Source: Acidobacteriota bacterium
Lineage (GTDB): Bacteria > Acidobacteriota > UBA6911 > RPQK01 > JAJDTT01
NCBI GenBank assembly: GCA_965217775.1
Contig: CBDCJH010000002.1
Location: forward strand, 5,280,001-5,344,000
DNA: 64,000 nt
Direction of reading: 5' to 3'
Both the position numbers and the translations under genes were made by a program. Shown piece by piece: positions 30,040 to 39,130 of the stretch; positions within the stretch are counted from its first letter, which is position 1; the number at the start of each line of letters is the position of its first letter. A model generated the notes under the pieces. The model saw nothing but the letters and a program-made list of their open reading frames with translations, ran no database searches and was not told where the DNA came from.

Positions 30040-31209
30040 TCACATTGCCCGCACCCGCTCCCGGAAGCTTTCCAGGTTGCTCCTGAGTTCGGACAGGTTG
30101 TCTCCGCCGAACTTTTCTTGAATCGCCTGGACCAGAACGATGGCCACCATGGCTTCGCCTATGACTCCGGCCGCTGGAACCACACAGGTGTCCGACCGCT
30201 CGTACTGGGCCTTGAAGGGTTGCTTCGTCTCCAGGTTCACCGACATCAGCGGCCGCTTGAGGGTGGCGATGGGTTTGACCACGGCGCGAACGATGATCTC
30301 CTGGCCGTTGGAAGTCCCTCCCTCGATGCCGCCGGCGCGGTTGGTCTTCCTGTAGAACTCTCTTTTCTGTTCGTCGTAGAAGATCTCGTCGTGAAATTCG
30401 CTGCCCATCGGAGCCTGATCCAAGCCGCTGCCGGTTTCCACCGCCTTGATGGCGTTGATGGACATGAGGGCCTGGGCCATGCGGCCGTCCAGCTTCCGGT
30501 CCCAGTGGACATGGCTCCCCAGTCCCGGGGGAACTCCGGCGGCCCGGACTTCGAACGTACCGCCTATGGTGTCTCCCCGGTCGATGGCGTCGTCCACGGC
30601 CGCCTTCATGGACTCGTCCAGAGCCGGGTCGCAGCAGCGCAGCTCCGAGGACTCGATCCGGGGGATCAGATCGACGGAGACCGAGTCCAGAAGTTGGTCG
30701 GAGATCCGAACGTTCCGGACCGAAATGACATGGCTGTAGACCTGGATTCCCAGCTCCCGGAGCAGCAGCTTGCAGAAGGCGCCGACCGCCACCCGCGAGG
30801 CGGTCTCGCGTGCGCTGGAACGTTCCAGGACGTTGCGCATGTCCTTGAACTGGTACTTCAGAGCGCCCACGAGATCGGCATGTCCCGGCCGCGGCCGGGT
30901 GACCTGCCGCTTGCGGACGCCCTCGGGATTGGGTTCCACGCTCATCACCTCGGTCCAGTTGACCCAGTCCCGGTTGTGGATGATGAAGGCGATGGGTGAT
31001 CCCAGCGTCTCGCCGTTGCGGACACCCGCGAAAATGTCCACTTGGTCGCTCTCTATCTTCATGCGGAGGCCCCGCCCGTATCCGCCCATGCGCCGCCGCA
31101 GATCGGCGTTGATGAAATCCGGGTCGACGGGCACCTGGGCCGGAAAACCCTCTATGGTGGAGATGAGGCCCTTGCCGTGAGACTCGCCGGAAGTCAGGAA
31201 TCGCAACAT
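30040..31209 (-). CDS. aroC: Chorismate synthase
   Basis: TSGESHG, PRPGHAD, ERSSARET, NRAGGIEGG, ERSD. Confidence 0.97.
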   Translation of the reverse strand: MLRFLTSGESHGKGLISTIEGFPAQVPVDPDFINADLRRRMGGYGRGLRMKIESDQVDIFAGVRNGETLGSPIAFIIHNRDWVNWTEVMSVEPNPEGVRKRQVTRPRPGHADLVGALKYQFKDMRNVLERSSARETASRVAVGAFCKLLLRELGIQVYSHVISVRNVRISDQLLDSVSVDLIPRIESSELRCCDPALDESMKAAVDDAIDRGDTIGGTFEVRAAGVPPGLGSHVHWDRKLDGRMAQALMSINAIKAVETGSGLDQAPMGSEFHDEIFYDEQKREFYRKTNRAGGIEGGTSNGQEIIVRAVVKPIATLKRPLMSVNLETKQPFKAQYERSDTCVVPAAGVIGEAMVAIVLVQAIQEKFGGDNLSELRSNLESFRERVRAM

Positions 31210-31396
31210 GATGTATTTTCCGGAACCTGCTGTTACTAAAGACGTTGCTTGGAAGCGATCCGCCGTCTCTGGTAGAATCTCCGGGCTTTCTCGGCCCGCT
31301 TCCGGCTGCCCCTGATGGCAGCGGTCTCCGCATTGTGGAGACCTCATAGTCTAACATTAATCAGATTGCCGCCGGCGGGAGCGGCCGGGGCCGAGG

Positions 31397-32161
31397 GTGA
31401 CCATGGGCTTCCTCTACAATATTCTGTACGAGGTCGAGGAGTTCGTCACTCTCACCATCCGAAGCGTCACCAACATCTTCCGCCGTCCACGCTACATCCA
31501 GGATACGTTCCAGCAGATGGAGACGATCGGGGTCCGTTCGATTCTGATCGTGGTCCTGGTCGGTTTTTTCACCGGCGGCGTCCTGGCCTTGCAGACCTCC
31601 AAATCGCTCAAGGCATTCGGCGCCGTGAATCTGATGGGACAACTGATCTCCCTGTCGCTGATCCGGGAAATGGGACCCGTGCTGACCGCCTTGATGCTGG
31701 CCGGCCGGGCAGGTTCAGGCATTGCCTCGGAGTTGGGATCGATGGTGGTGACCGAGCAGATCAGCGCGATGCGGGCCCTCGGAACGGATCCCGTGAAAAA
31801 GCTGGTGACGCCACGTGTCCTCGCCTGTACCACCATGGTGCCCCTCTTGACCGTGATCGCCGACGTATTCGGACTGATCGGTGGGTGGATCGTTTCGTTC
31901 TACAATCTCCGCTTGAATACGGCCCTCTACTGGAATACGGCCTTTCGAGCCATCGACTACAATATCGTGCTGGAGGGTTTGATGAAGCCGGTCGTTTTCG
32001 GCTTCATCATCGGGTCCGTGGGCTGCTACTACGGGCTGGGGACCCGGGGTGGAACCAGGGGGGTTGGCCGGAATACGACGCAGGCCGTCGTGACGGCCTC
32101 GATCCTGGTCATCGTGGCCGATTTTTTCCTGGGCAAGCTCATTCTGGAGTTGTGGCATTGA
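31397..32161 (+). CDS. mlaE: MlaE-family ABC permease
   Basis: REMGPVLTALMLAGRAGSGIASELGSM...EQISAM, GGTRGVG. Confidence 0.9.
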   Translation: MTMGFLYNILYEVEEFVTLTIRSVTNIFRRPRYIQDTFQQMETIGVRSILIVVLVGFFTGGVLALQTSKSLKAFGAVNLMGQLISLSLIREMGPVLTALMLAGRAGSGIASELGSMVVTEQISAMRALGTDPVKKLVTPRVLACTTMVPLLTVIADVFGLIGGWIVSFYNLRLNTALYWNTAFRAIDYNIVLEGLMKPVVFGFIIGSVGCYYGLGTRGGTRGVGRNTTQAVVTASILVIVADFFLGKLILELWH

Positions 32162-32952
32162 GTGTGATTCGCTTCGAGAACGTCACCAAGAAATACGAGG
32201 ACCACACCCTGCTCCAGGATTTCGACATGGAGGTGGGCCGAGGCGAAACCATGGTCCTGCTGGGCGGATCGGGCTCGGGGAAATCGACCATCCTCAAAAT
32301 GGTGGTGGGCCTGGTCAGTCCCGATTCCGGATCCGTGTTCGTGGACGGCGAAGAGATCACCCGGCTTCGGGAAGAGGAGTTGATGCCGATTCGCCGGAAG
32401 ATCGGCATCGTGTTCCAGGAGGGAGCTCTCTTCGATTCCCTGACGGTCAGGGACAATGTGGCTTATCGGATCCTCGAGTCCGATGAATATACGATGGAGC
32501 AGGTCGACAACTGGGTGAGCCGGCTCCTGGGTTTTGTGGGATTGCAGGACGCTATCGACAAGATGCCCTCCGAGCTGTCGGGGGGAATGAAGAGGCGTGT
32601 GGCCATCGCCCGGGCGTTGATGGGCAGCCCGAGGATCATGCTTTACGATGAGCCGACGGCAGGGCTTGATCCCATCACCAGTAGAATCACCTGCGAGCTC
32701 ATCATCAGACTACGGGACCTGGAGGGCGTGACCGGGATTCTGGTCACCAACGATCTGCAGGCGGTTCGCGCCCTATCGGGGGAAGTGTCCACCCAGGCCC
32801 CGGATGGTACCGTCGGCTTCATGCCGGTGGACCCGGAGACGACGTTGCGGAACACCCGCTTCGTCATGATCAAGGATGGACGAATCCATTACCAGGGGGG
32901 GGATCCCTCTCGGGAAGGCGGTGACGAGTACGTCCGTGAGTTCCTGGCCTGA
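32158..32952 (+). CDS. mlaF: MlaF-family ABC ATPase
   Basis: GGSGSGKS, FQEGALFDSL, LSGGMKRR, YDEPTAGLDP; start overlaps the mlaE stop. Confidence 0.88.
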   Translation: MSVIRFENVTKKYEDHTLLQDFDMEVGRGETMVLLGGSGSGKSTILKMVVGLVSPDSGSVFVDGEEITRLREEELMPIRRKIGIVFQEGALFDSLTVRDNVAYRILESDEYTMEQVDNWVSRLLGFVGLQDAIDKMPSELSGGMKRRVAIARALMGSPRIMLYDEPTAGLDPITSRITCELIIRLRDLEGVTGILVTNDLQAVRALSGEVSTQAPDGTVGFMPVDPETTLRNTRFVMIKDGRIHYQGGDPSREGGDEYVREFLA

Positions 32953-33060
32953 TTCTCCCAAGAGTCTGCGCGGTAGATCAATTTCTGCCGCGCAGGCTCC
33001 TAGGGACTTCCACCGTGGAGTCTGGGAGCGATGGGGCGCAAGGCGTCGTGGGGAAAGAGC

Positions 33061-34347
33061 ATGAACAGAGGCAGAGGGAGACCGACCCGTCTCGCCGAAC
33101 TCAAAGTCGGAATTTTCACCATTGTCACCATGGCGATTCTGGCATTGGCCGTCTTCAACATCGGCACCCGGGTCGGACTCTTGGAGGAGACATTTCGAGC
33201 CAAGACGCACCTCAACGACACTTCGGGACTGAAACCGTCGGACATTGTTCTCATCGGCGGCGTCGAAGCCGGAAACGTCTCGCGGATCAAGATCTCCAAG
33301 CCGGGTGAGATGCCTCCCACCGAGTCGAACCAGATCAACCTGGCGCGGATCGGCGAGCTGGAAAAACTGGCGGCGGAGGAGCGGCGCAAGCAGCCTCCCG
33401 ACGAGGGGCGTCTCAAGCAGATCCAGTCCGGGATCGAAAGGGTCCGGTGGCGGCTCCAGAACGTGGAGGTCTATCTGGACATCAAGCAGGAATACCGGGT
33501 CTGGATCCAGCGGGACAGCAATATCTCCCTGGGGTCCATCGGGCTGCTGGGCGACAAGTATGTGGAGGTGTCGCTGGGGCGGTCCAATGAGCCGGCGTTG
33601 GTGGTCGAAGAGGAATTCGAGACTTGGTTCGGTGTGGAGACCGATGAGGTGGTGGTGATCACCGGTTCCACCGAGCCCGGTTTCAGGGAACTGATCATCG
33701 GAGCCAACGACGTGCTGGTCAACGTCGAGGCCCTGTCCGGGCGGCTGGAAGACATCATGCAGGGACTGGGCGAAGGGAAGGGCACCGTCGGCCAGTTTCT
33801 GACCAATCCCGAATTCTTCAACAACGTCACCAAGATCATGGCCTCGTTTCAGCAAACCAGCGAAAGAGTGGCCACGCTCGGCGAGCGTCTCATCGAAGGG
33901 TCCGGGACCGTTCCCAGCCTCATTCGTGAGGATGACATCTACCAGAGCATCCGGGGCATTTCCGCTCGAACGGATGAGATCATCAGGCGAGTCGAGCAGG
34001 GGGAGGGCACTCTCGGAAAGCTCTCCAAGGATCCATCGCTCTATGACAGGATCGAACAGGTGACGGCCAGCCTCGAGTCCATTACCAAGCGCATGGAAGC
34101 CGGAGAGGGCACTCTGGGACGACTGTCCACGGATGACCAACTCTATGTGGACATGCGGCGAACCATGGACCAGATGGCGGTGTTCCTGGAGGACATTCAG
34201 GACGGTGAGGGAACCTTGGGCCGGTTGGCGAAGGACGAAGCGCTGTATCAGAATCTGAATCACCTGACCTCGGAAATGGTGAAGTTGATCCATGACTTCC
34301 GGCAGGATCCCAGGAAGTTCCTGACCATCCGATTCAAGCTGTTCTGA
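33061..34347 (+). CDS. mlaD: MCE/MlaD-family protein with a long helical repeat region
   Basis: ELKVGIF TM segment, SGLK...GGVEAG, GLLGDKYVEV, repeated GEGTLG(R/K)L units, DPRKFLTIRFKLF end. Confidence 0.85.
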   Translation: MNRGRGRPTRLAELKVGIFTIVTMAILALAVFNIGTRVGLLEETFRAKTHLNDTSGLKPSDIVLIGGVEAGNVSRIKISKPGEMPPTESNQINLARIGELEKLAAEERRKQPPDEGRLKQIQSGIERVRWRLQNVEVYLDIKQEYRVWIQRDSNISLGSIGLLGDKYVEVSLGRSNEPALVVEEEFETWFGVETDEVVVITGSTEPGFRELIIGANDVLVNVEALSGRLEDIMQGLGEGKGTVGQFLTNPEFFNNVTKIMASFQQTSERVATLGERLIEGSGTVPSLIREDDIYQSIRGISARTDEIIRRVEQGEGTLGKLSKDPSLYDRIEQVTASLESITKRMEAGEGTLGRLSTDDQLYVDMRRTMDQMAVFLEDIQDGEGTLGRLAKDEALYQNLNHLTSEMVKLIHDFRQDPRKFLTIRFKLF

Positions 34348-34363
34348 GTCGGGGGGAGAATCC

Positions 34364-35245
34364 ATGATTTCGCAAACCATCGGCCAGGGAGCCCGGGTCA
34401 TCCTGAGGGGGATCGTGTGGGGGCTGATGACCTTGCACGTCAAACCCAATCACCTCACCGTTCTGGGTTTCGTCACCAGCATCTGGGCCGCTTTCGTTTT
34501 CGCAAGCGGCCACTTCGTTTCCGCTGGCCTGGTTCTGATTCTCGCCGGCCTGTTCGACATGGTGGACGGCATGGTGGCCCGAACCGCCAATACTGCGACT
34601 CCCTTCGGTGCCTTCTTCGATTCGGTCATGGACCGGTACTCGGACCTGATCATCTACCTGGGCCTCATCATTTACTACGGCCAACAGGACCGGTTCACCT
34701 ACGTCGTATTGGTGAGCATAGCCATGATGGGATCGGTTCTGATCAGCTACACCAGGGCCCGGGCCGAATGCCTGATCCCCAGTTGCAAGGTCGGTTTCCT
34801 GGAACGTCCCGAACGCCTGGTCCTGCTCATCATCGGCTCCTTCTACTCCATGGAGCCCGTCCTCTGGGCCATTGCCGTCATCGGGAACTGGACGGTGATT
34901 CACCGGATTCTCCACACTCGGTCGCAGATGAGACCGTCCGAACCGCGGCGAAGTCGGGAGCCCTCCGTCCGGGCGCCGGCGGGATCGATGCGGTACGTGC
35001 GTGGAACCTGGCGCTACGACGTGGTCTGCGTGATGATCCTGGGTTTTATTTTCCTGACTCCGGCCACGGTCTTCGACGGTTCCCTCTTTTCCAAGAGGCA
35101 GGAGCCTGAAAGTCCGAAAGAGATCATGCCCGACCCCAAGAAGACTCAGATTCAGACCATCAACAGAGTGGTTCTGCTGCCTGGCCATGCTCCGGCAACT
35201 CGTGGCGACGTTTACCATCGATTGCCAAGTTCGGCGTCCAGGTAG
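34364..35245 (+). CDS. CDP-alcohol phosphatidyltransferase with a C-terminal extension
   Basis: KPNHLT, DMVDGMVAR...FGAFFDSVMDR signature, SYTRARAE, ERPER. Confidence 0.88.
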   Translation: MISQTIGQGARVILRGIVWGLMTLHVKPNHLTVLGFVTSIWAAFVFASGHFVSAGLVLILAGLFDMVDGMVARTANTATPFGAFFDSVMDRYSDLIIYLGLIIYYGQQDRFTYVVLVSIAMMGSVLISYTRARAECLIPSCKVGFLERPERLVLLIIGSFYSMEPVLWAIAVIGNWTVIHRILHTRSQMRPSEPRRSREPSVRAPAGSMRYVRGTWRYDVVCVMILGFIFLTPATVFDGSLFSKRQEPESPKEIMPDPKKTQIQTINRVVLLPGHAPATRGDVYHRLPSSASR

Positions 35246-35259
35246 GAGACCGCCCGTCC

Positions 35260-35964
35260 ATGGAATCAGCCTTTCGGATCTCCCTCCTCGTTCTGCTCCT
35301 CGGCTTCTTCACAGCTCTTCAGGTGGAAGGCGAGGAGAGGACAGGAGCGCCGCCGAATCTGGAGTCGGTTCTGGAGAACATGGATCGGCGAGGCGGCAAT
35401 CTTCGTTCCATGAGCGCCAAGATCGTCCAGCAGAAATGGACCGACATTCTGGAGGAGTTCGACCAGGAAGAGCGGGGCGAGTTTCATTTCCTCAGGGAGA
35501 AAGAGGCGATCCATCTGAGGAGAGACCTCACGGAACCGGGGCGGAGCACCCTTCTGATCAATGACGGAAAAGGGATCTTCTATCAGCCGCTTCTCAAGCA
35601 AGCCAACCGGTATGATCTGGGGGCGAGAAAGAATCGAGCCGAATTCCTGTTGCTGGGTTTCACCTCCAAGCAGGAGGCCCTCCGCGAGGCTTACGCCATA
35701 CGATGGCTGGGACCCGAGATGATTGGCGACCGGCAGACCTACGCGCTCGAATTGACCCCCCGGTCCGGCAAAGTCTCCGCCTTTTTCTCCCGAATCGTGC
35801 TCTGGGTCGACGGCCGTCTCTGGGTCCCCATTCAGCAGAAACTGGTGGAGCCCACGCGCGACTACCTGCTGATCCGGTTCGAAGACGTCCGTCTGAACCT
35901 GGACCTGCCGGCTTCCAGATTCAAGCTGGAGTTGCCTCCCGACGTCAACGTCATCCAGTTCTGA
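35260..35964 (+). CDS. LolA-like outer membrane lipoprotein carrier protein
   Basis: Signal peptide and LolA-like C-terminal pattern YALELTP...IVLWVD...IRFEDVRLN...F...P. Confidence 0.75.
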   Translation: MESAFRISLLVLLLGFFTALQVEGEERTGAPPNLESVLENMDRRGGNLRSMSAKIVQQKWTDILEEFDQEERGEFHFLREKEAIHLRRDLTEPGRSTLLINDGKGIFYQPLLKQANRYDLGARKNRAEFLLLGFTSKQEALREAYAIRWLGPEMIGDRQTYALELTPRSGKVSAFFSRIVLWVDGRLWVPIQQKLVEPTRDYLLIRFEDVRLNLDLPASRFKLELPPDVNVIQF

Positions 35965-36007
35965 CCGGAAATGGGCTGGTTGGTCCGTCAGCCAACCGCG
36001 GCCGGTA

Positions 36008-36718
36008 TCACTCGGAACCCGAGCTCACAAGCCGGCCATCCTTCATCGTGATGACACGGCTGGCGGCAGTGGCGGCATCCGGATTGTGGGTGATCATCAG
36101 GATGGTCTGGTTGTAACGGTGATTCAGCTCTTTCAGGATGGAGAGGACGTTGTCGGAGTTCTGGGAATCCAGGTTTCCGGTGGGTTCATCCGCCAGCAGC
36201 AACGCGGGACGATTGATGACGGCGCGGGCCACGGAGATACGCTGCTGTTCGCCGCCTGAGAGCTCGGAGGGCTTGTGATCCATCTTGCCCTCCAGTCCCA
36301 ACAGTTGGAAGATCTCTCGAGTGCGGGCCTCATTCTGATGGCCGTTGCCATGAATGCGGCACGCCAGCTCGATGTTGTGCCGGGCGGTCAGGGTCGGCAG
36401 GAGATTGAACCGTTGAAAGACGAATCCGATCTTCGCCTTGCGGATTTCGGTTCTTTCCGCGTCGCTGATCAGGCTCATCTCCACGCCGTCGATCCAGATC
36501 CGGCCGGAGGAGGGGGTCAGGAGTCCGCCCAGAAGATGGAGCAGGGTGGATTTGCCGCAACCGCTGGGCCCCATGATGGCCAGGAACTCGCCGGTCCGGA
36601 CCTTCAGATCGATACCGCGCAGTGCGGGGACCTCCATCTTCCCGATGCGGAAGACCATCTGGAGGTCCTCGGCCACCACCAGATTCTTGTCTCGATTCAT
36701 TTCCAGAGTGTGCCTCAT
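36008..36718 (-). CDS. ABC transporter ATPase (LolD/MacB-type)
   Basis: [38 protein letters not shown]. Confidence 0.9.
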   Translation of the reverse strand: MRHTLEMNRDKNLVVAEDLQMVFRIGKMEVPALRGIDLKVRTGEFLAIMGPSGCGKSTLLHLLGGLLTPSSGRIWIDGVEMSLISDAERTEIRKAKIGFVFQRFNLLPTLTARHNIELACRIHGNGHQNEARTREIFQLLGLEGKMDHKPSELSGGEQQRISVARAVINRPALLLADEPTGNLDSQNSDNVLSILKELNHRYNQTILMITHNPDAATAASRVITMKDGRLVSSGSE

Positions 36719-36917
36719 TCAGGAGAGCCTCCAAACGGAGTTCAAAAGCCGGGAGCCCTCTCGGCAGCGAGCCTTAGTCGGACGATCCAGGATAGCCGCA
36801 ACTTTCATTGTATACCGGTTCGGAAGCGGGCTTCAACGTTTCTGTTTTCTGGACTTTCGGGGGTCGATCGCCGGCGTCGGCGGGGAGAACTTCGCCCGAT
36901 CGGACGCGCGTTCGGGT

Positions 36918-37796
36918 CTATTGGAGAGTGATCGTTTCGGCTCCCGGCGGGACCGGAAGCTGGAAGTGGCGTTCCTCCAAATCGCGGCCGATTTTCAGGC
37001 TCTCCGGCTCCAACTGGAGCCGGAGCGTGTATCGTTCCCGGGGGCGTTCCAGCACGACTCCAGTGTTGACGACCACCTGACCCAGGGTGGCGGGCTCGGT
37101 GTAACGGATCGAGCCGGCGACCTTGCCGGCGGGGTCGTAGTAGTCCTGGCGCACCAACTCCAGCTTGCTGCGTTCGATCCAGAGTCTCCTCTTCAGGCGC
37201 AGGTTCCGGGGGGCCAGTTCATGGATGACGTAGTACTTGGATTTGGCGTCCCTCTCCTCGATCATGTAGACCCGTGCCGCCGGTCCCGTCGGAAGCGGCT
37301 CGATCAGGATGGCCGGAAGCACATGCTCCGGCCGGACGTTGTACAGGGGATTGTCGTAATCGCGCTTCAGACGGGTGCTCCCGGTGACGAACTGGTTCTT
37401 CGTAGGCGCCCAGATCTGGAATCTGGCCTGACGACTGGCCATGGCAACGACGGTGGTTCGAGTCAACGGATTCAGCACGTTGATGCGGATGGCATCGGGG
37501 CGCTTGGCGATGAGCTGGGAGGGCGCCTTTCGATAACGCTCATGGTAACCGGCGTCCGGCGAGTGCCCTTCCAACTCCAACCTCACCTTGGCGACCAGGC
37601 TTTCCACGCCGGCGTATGACGTGTTGATCCGTTGGACCAGATCCGGAAGTGTGGACTCCAGAGCCAGCCGGTGGGCAGGAGCCGCCTCGACCCGGACCTT
37701 GGTTTTGATGACCTTTCTGCAGCCGGCCGGCAGCAGCGCCAGGATCAGGATCACGAGCAGCGCGCGCCCTGCCGAACCGGAGGCCGGTGGGATCAC
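36918..37796 (-). CDS. Lipoprotein, probable LolA/LolB-like fold
   Basis: Lipobox LPAGC; beta-rich, with a RRLWIER...F.LPVPPGA ending. Confidence 0.6.
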   Translation of the reverse strand: MIPPASGSAGRALLVILILALLPAGCRKVIKTKVRVEAAPAHRLALESTLPDLVQRINTSYAGVESLVAKVRLELEGHSPDAGYHERYRKAPSQLIAKRPDAIRINVLNPLTRTTVVAMASRQARFQIWAPTKNQFVTGSTRLKRDYDNPLYNVRPEHVLPAILIEPLPTGPAARVYMIEERDAKSKYYVIHELAPRNLRLKRRLWIERSKLELVRQDYYDPAGKVAGSIRYTEPATLGQVVVNTGVVLERPRERYTLRLQLEPESLKIGRDLEERHFQLPVPPGAETITLQ

Positions 37797-38449
37797 GTGG
37801 CCTCCCCGGAGAAAGCCTTTTTTCGGTTTCTTCTCCGGATCAGGACGATTCCCGTCAGCACGGCGGCCAGGGACAGGAACAGGACGACACCGACGGTTTT
37901 CATTTCCTCCTGGAGGACCTGCTTGGCAGCCTCACCATAGAGAACTGCCAGAATTCCCCACATGAAGTACCGGATGCTCCTGCCCAGAGAGATCAACACG
38001 ATGAATCGACCCGGAGGGATCCGGAAGAGGCCGGCGGAGAGGACGAAGATCTTGAAGGGAGTCGGCGGGGGGAGGACGGCCGGCACCAGGAGGGTCCAGA
38101 TGCCCCAGCGGTCGTACAGTCGCCGCATCTCGTTTCGTCTTTCCTCGGACAACCTCCTCTTCACGAAATTCCCGCCTCGACGGCCGACGCTGTACAGGAG
38201 CGTGCATCCCAGGACTGACCCGGTGATGGTCATGGTCACGTAATAGGACATGAGGTCCCAGGACTGTCCGGTGGACAAGGCAATGATCAGAATGTCGTTT
38301 CCTTCGGGAATGGACAGGAAAGAGGAATCGGCCAGCGCCACCAACAGCAGGGCGGGTCCTCCATACTCCACGATAGTCTCGTAGAGACCACTGAGCGTCT
38401 CCTGGATTTGCTGCCAGAAGCTCAAGCTGCAGACCTGGAAGAGGGCCAT
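37793..38449 (-). CDS. YqaA/VTT (DedA-family) membrane protein
   Basis: ADSSFLSIP, GSVLGC...Y.VGRRGG, PPPTPFKIF, GRSIRY. Confidence 0.85.
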   Translation of the reverse strand: MALFQVCSLSFWQQIQETLSGLYETIVEYGGPALLLVALADSSFLSIPEGNDILIIALSTGQSWDLMSYYVTMTITGSVLGCTLLYSVGRRGGNFVKRRLSEERRNEMRRLYDRWGIWTLLVPAVLPPPTPFKIFVLSAGLFRIPPGRFIVLISLGRSIRYFMWGILAVLYGEAAKQVLQEEMKTVGVVLFLSLAAVLTGIVLIRRRNRKKAFSGEAT

Positions 38450-38559
38450 TTCGAGTAATATGTTATCAGAGCCGGTCGATGGGCCTGCCCGGCTCTTCAG
38501 GCGGCTCTGTTGTCCGGCGTGACAACCGGGACGGCAGAATTTGGAAGGAAACGTTGCCC

Positions 38560-39009
38560 ATGGTCGAGTCTCCGCAGAGCATGGATTCCGAAGGGATCGA
38601 GCTCGAGTTGGATCGTATCGAGACTCTCTACAGAGAGTACGTACTGGGCGGACGTGTGCGTCCTGTGAGCCTGGCCGGAAGGAAGTGCCGCCCGCGGATC
38701 ATGGACACCATTTTGGGCTTTGAGATTCGCGCCGGATCCAGAAAAATCGCTTGTCCCGACATTGCCAGCGCTCGCTATCTGGTGATCTTTACCGAGCTGG
38801 GGATGGATTTGGTGTGCATCCCGTACGACCCCACGCGGACCGCCAGGATCCTTCCGCAGTTGGAGCGGTCCTTCGGTCGGATCAGGGAACTCCTGGCGGA
38901 AGCCGGCGGCCCGGGAACGGCGCAGAAGAAAACGGGACGCGTGTACGCCAAGCTGAGGGATCGTCTCAGGAAGGCCGAGCGAAGTGTTCCCGGGATCGAT
39001 TCCTGCTGA
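38560..39009 (+). CDS. Conserved hypothetical protein
   Basis: ORF divergent from the VTT gene with protein-like composition (CPDIASARYL...IPYDPT); start uncertain. Confidence 0.6.
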   Translation: MVESPQSMDSEGIELELDRIETLYREYVLGGRVRPVSLAGRKCRPRIMDTILGFEIRAGSRKIACPDIASARYLVIFTELGMDLVCIPYDPTRTARILPQLERSFGRIRELLAEAGGPGTAQKKTGRVYAKLRDRLRKAERSVPGIDSC

Positions 39010-39049
39010 TTTCCCAACCCGGCGTAGCCGGAATCGGAATTTCCTTGCC

Positions 39050-39073
39050 GGAGCGGCGGCTTTCCAGCCGCCG
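39050..39073 (+). repeat. GGAG-tagged palindrome (same family as the intron target)
   Basis: GGAG CGGCGGC TTTCCA GCCGCCG, compared with the rejoined intron flanks GGAG CGGCGAC TTTCTT GTCGCCG. Confidence 0.7.
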
Positions 39074-39084
39074 GCTCTTCGTCT

Positions 39085-39130
39085 GGCTCCGTTTTGGACC
39101 GAAGAGGGCACCCACAAGGGGAGCCCCTAC
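39085..39130 (-). repeat. GTAG-type REP element overlapping the dnaK stop
   Basis: Minus strand GTAGGGGCTCCCCTTGTGGGTGCCCTCTTC; shares its flank with 12752-12818. Confidence 0.7.
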
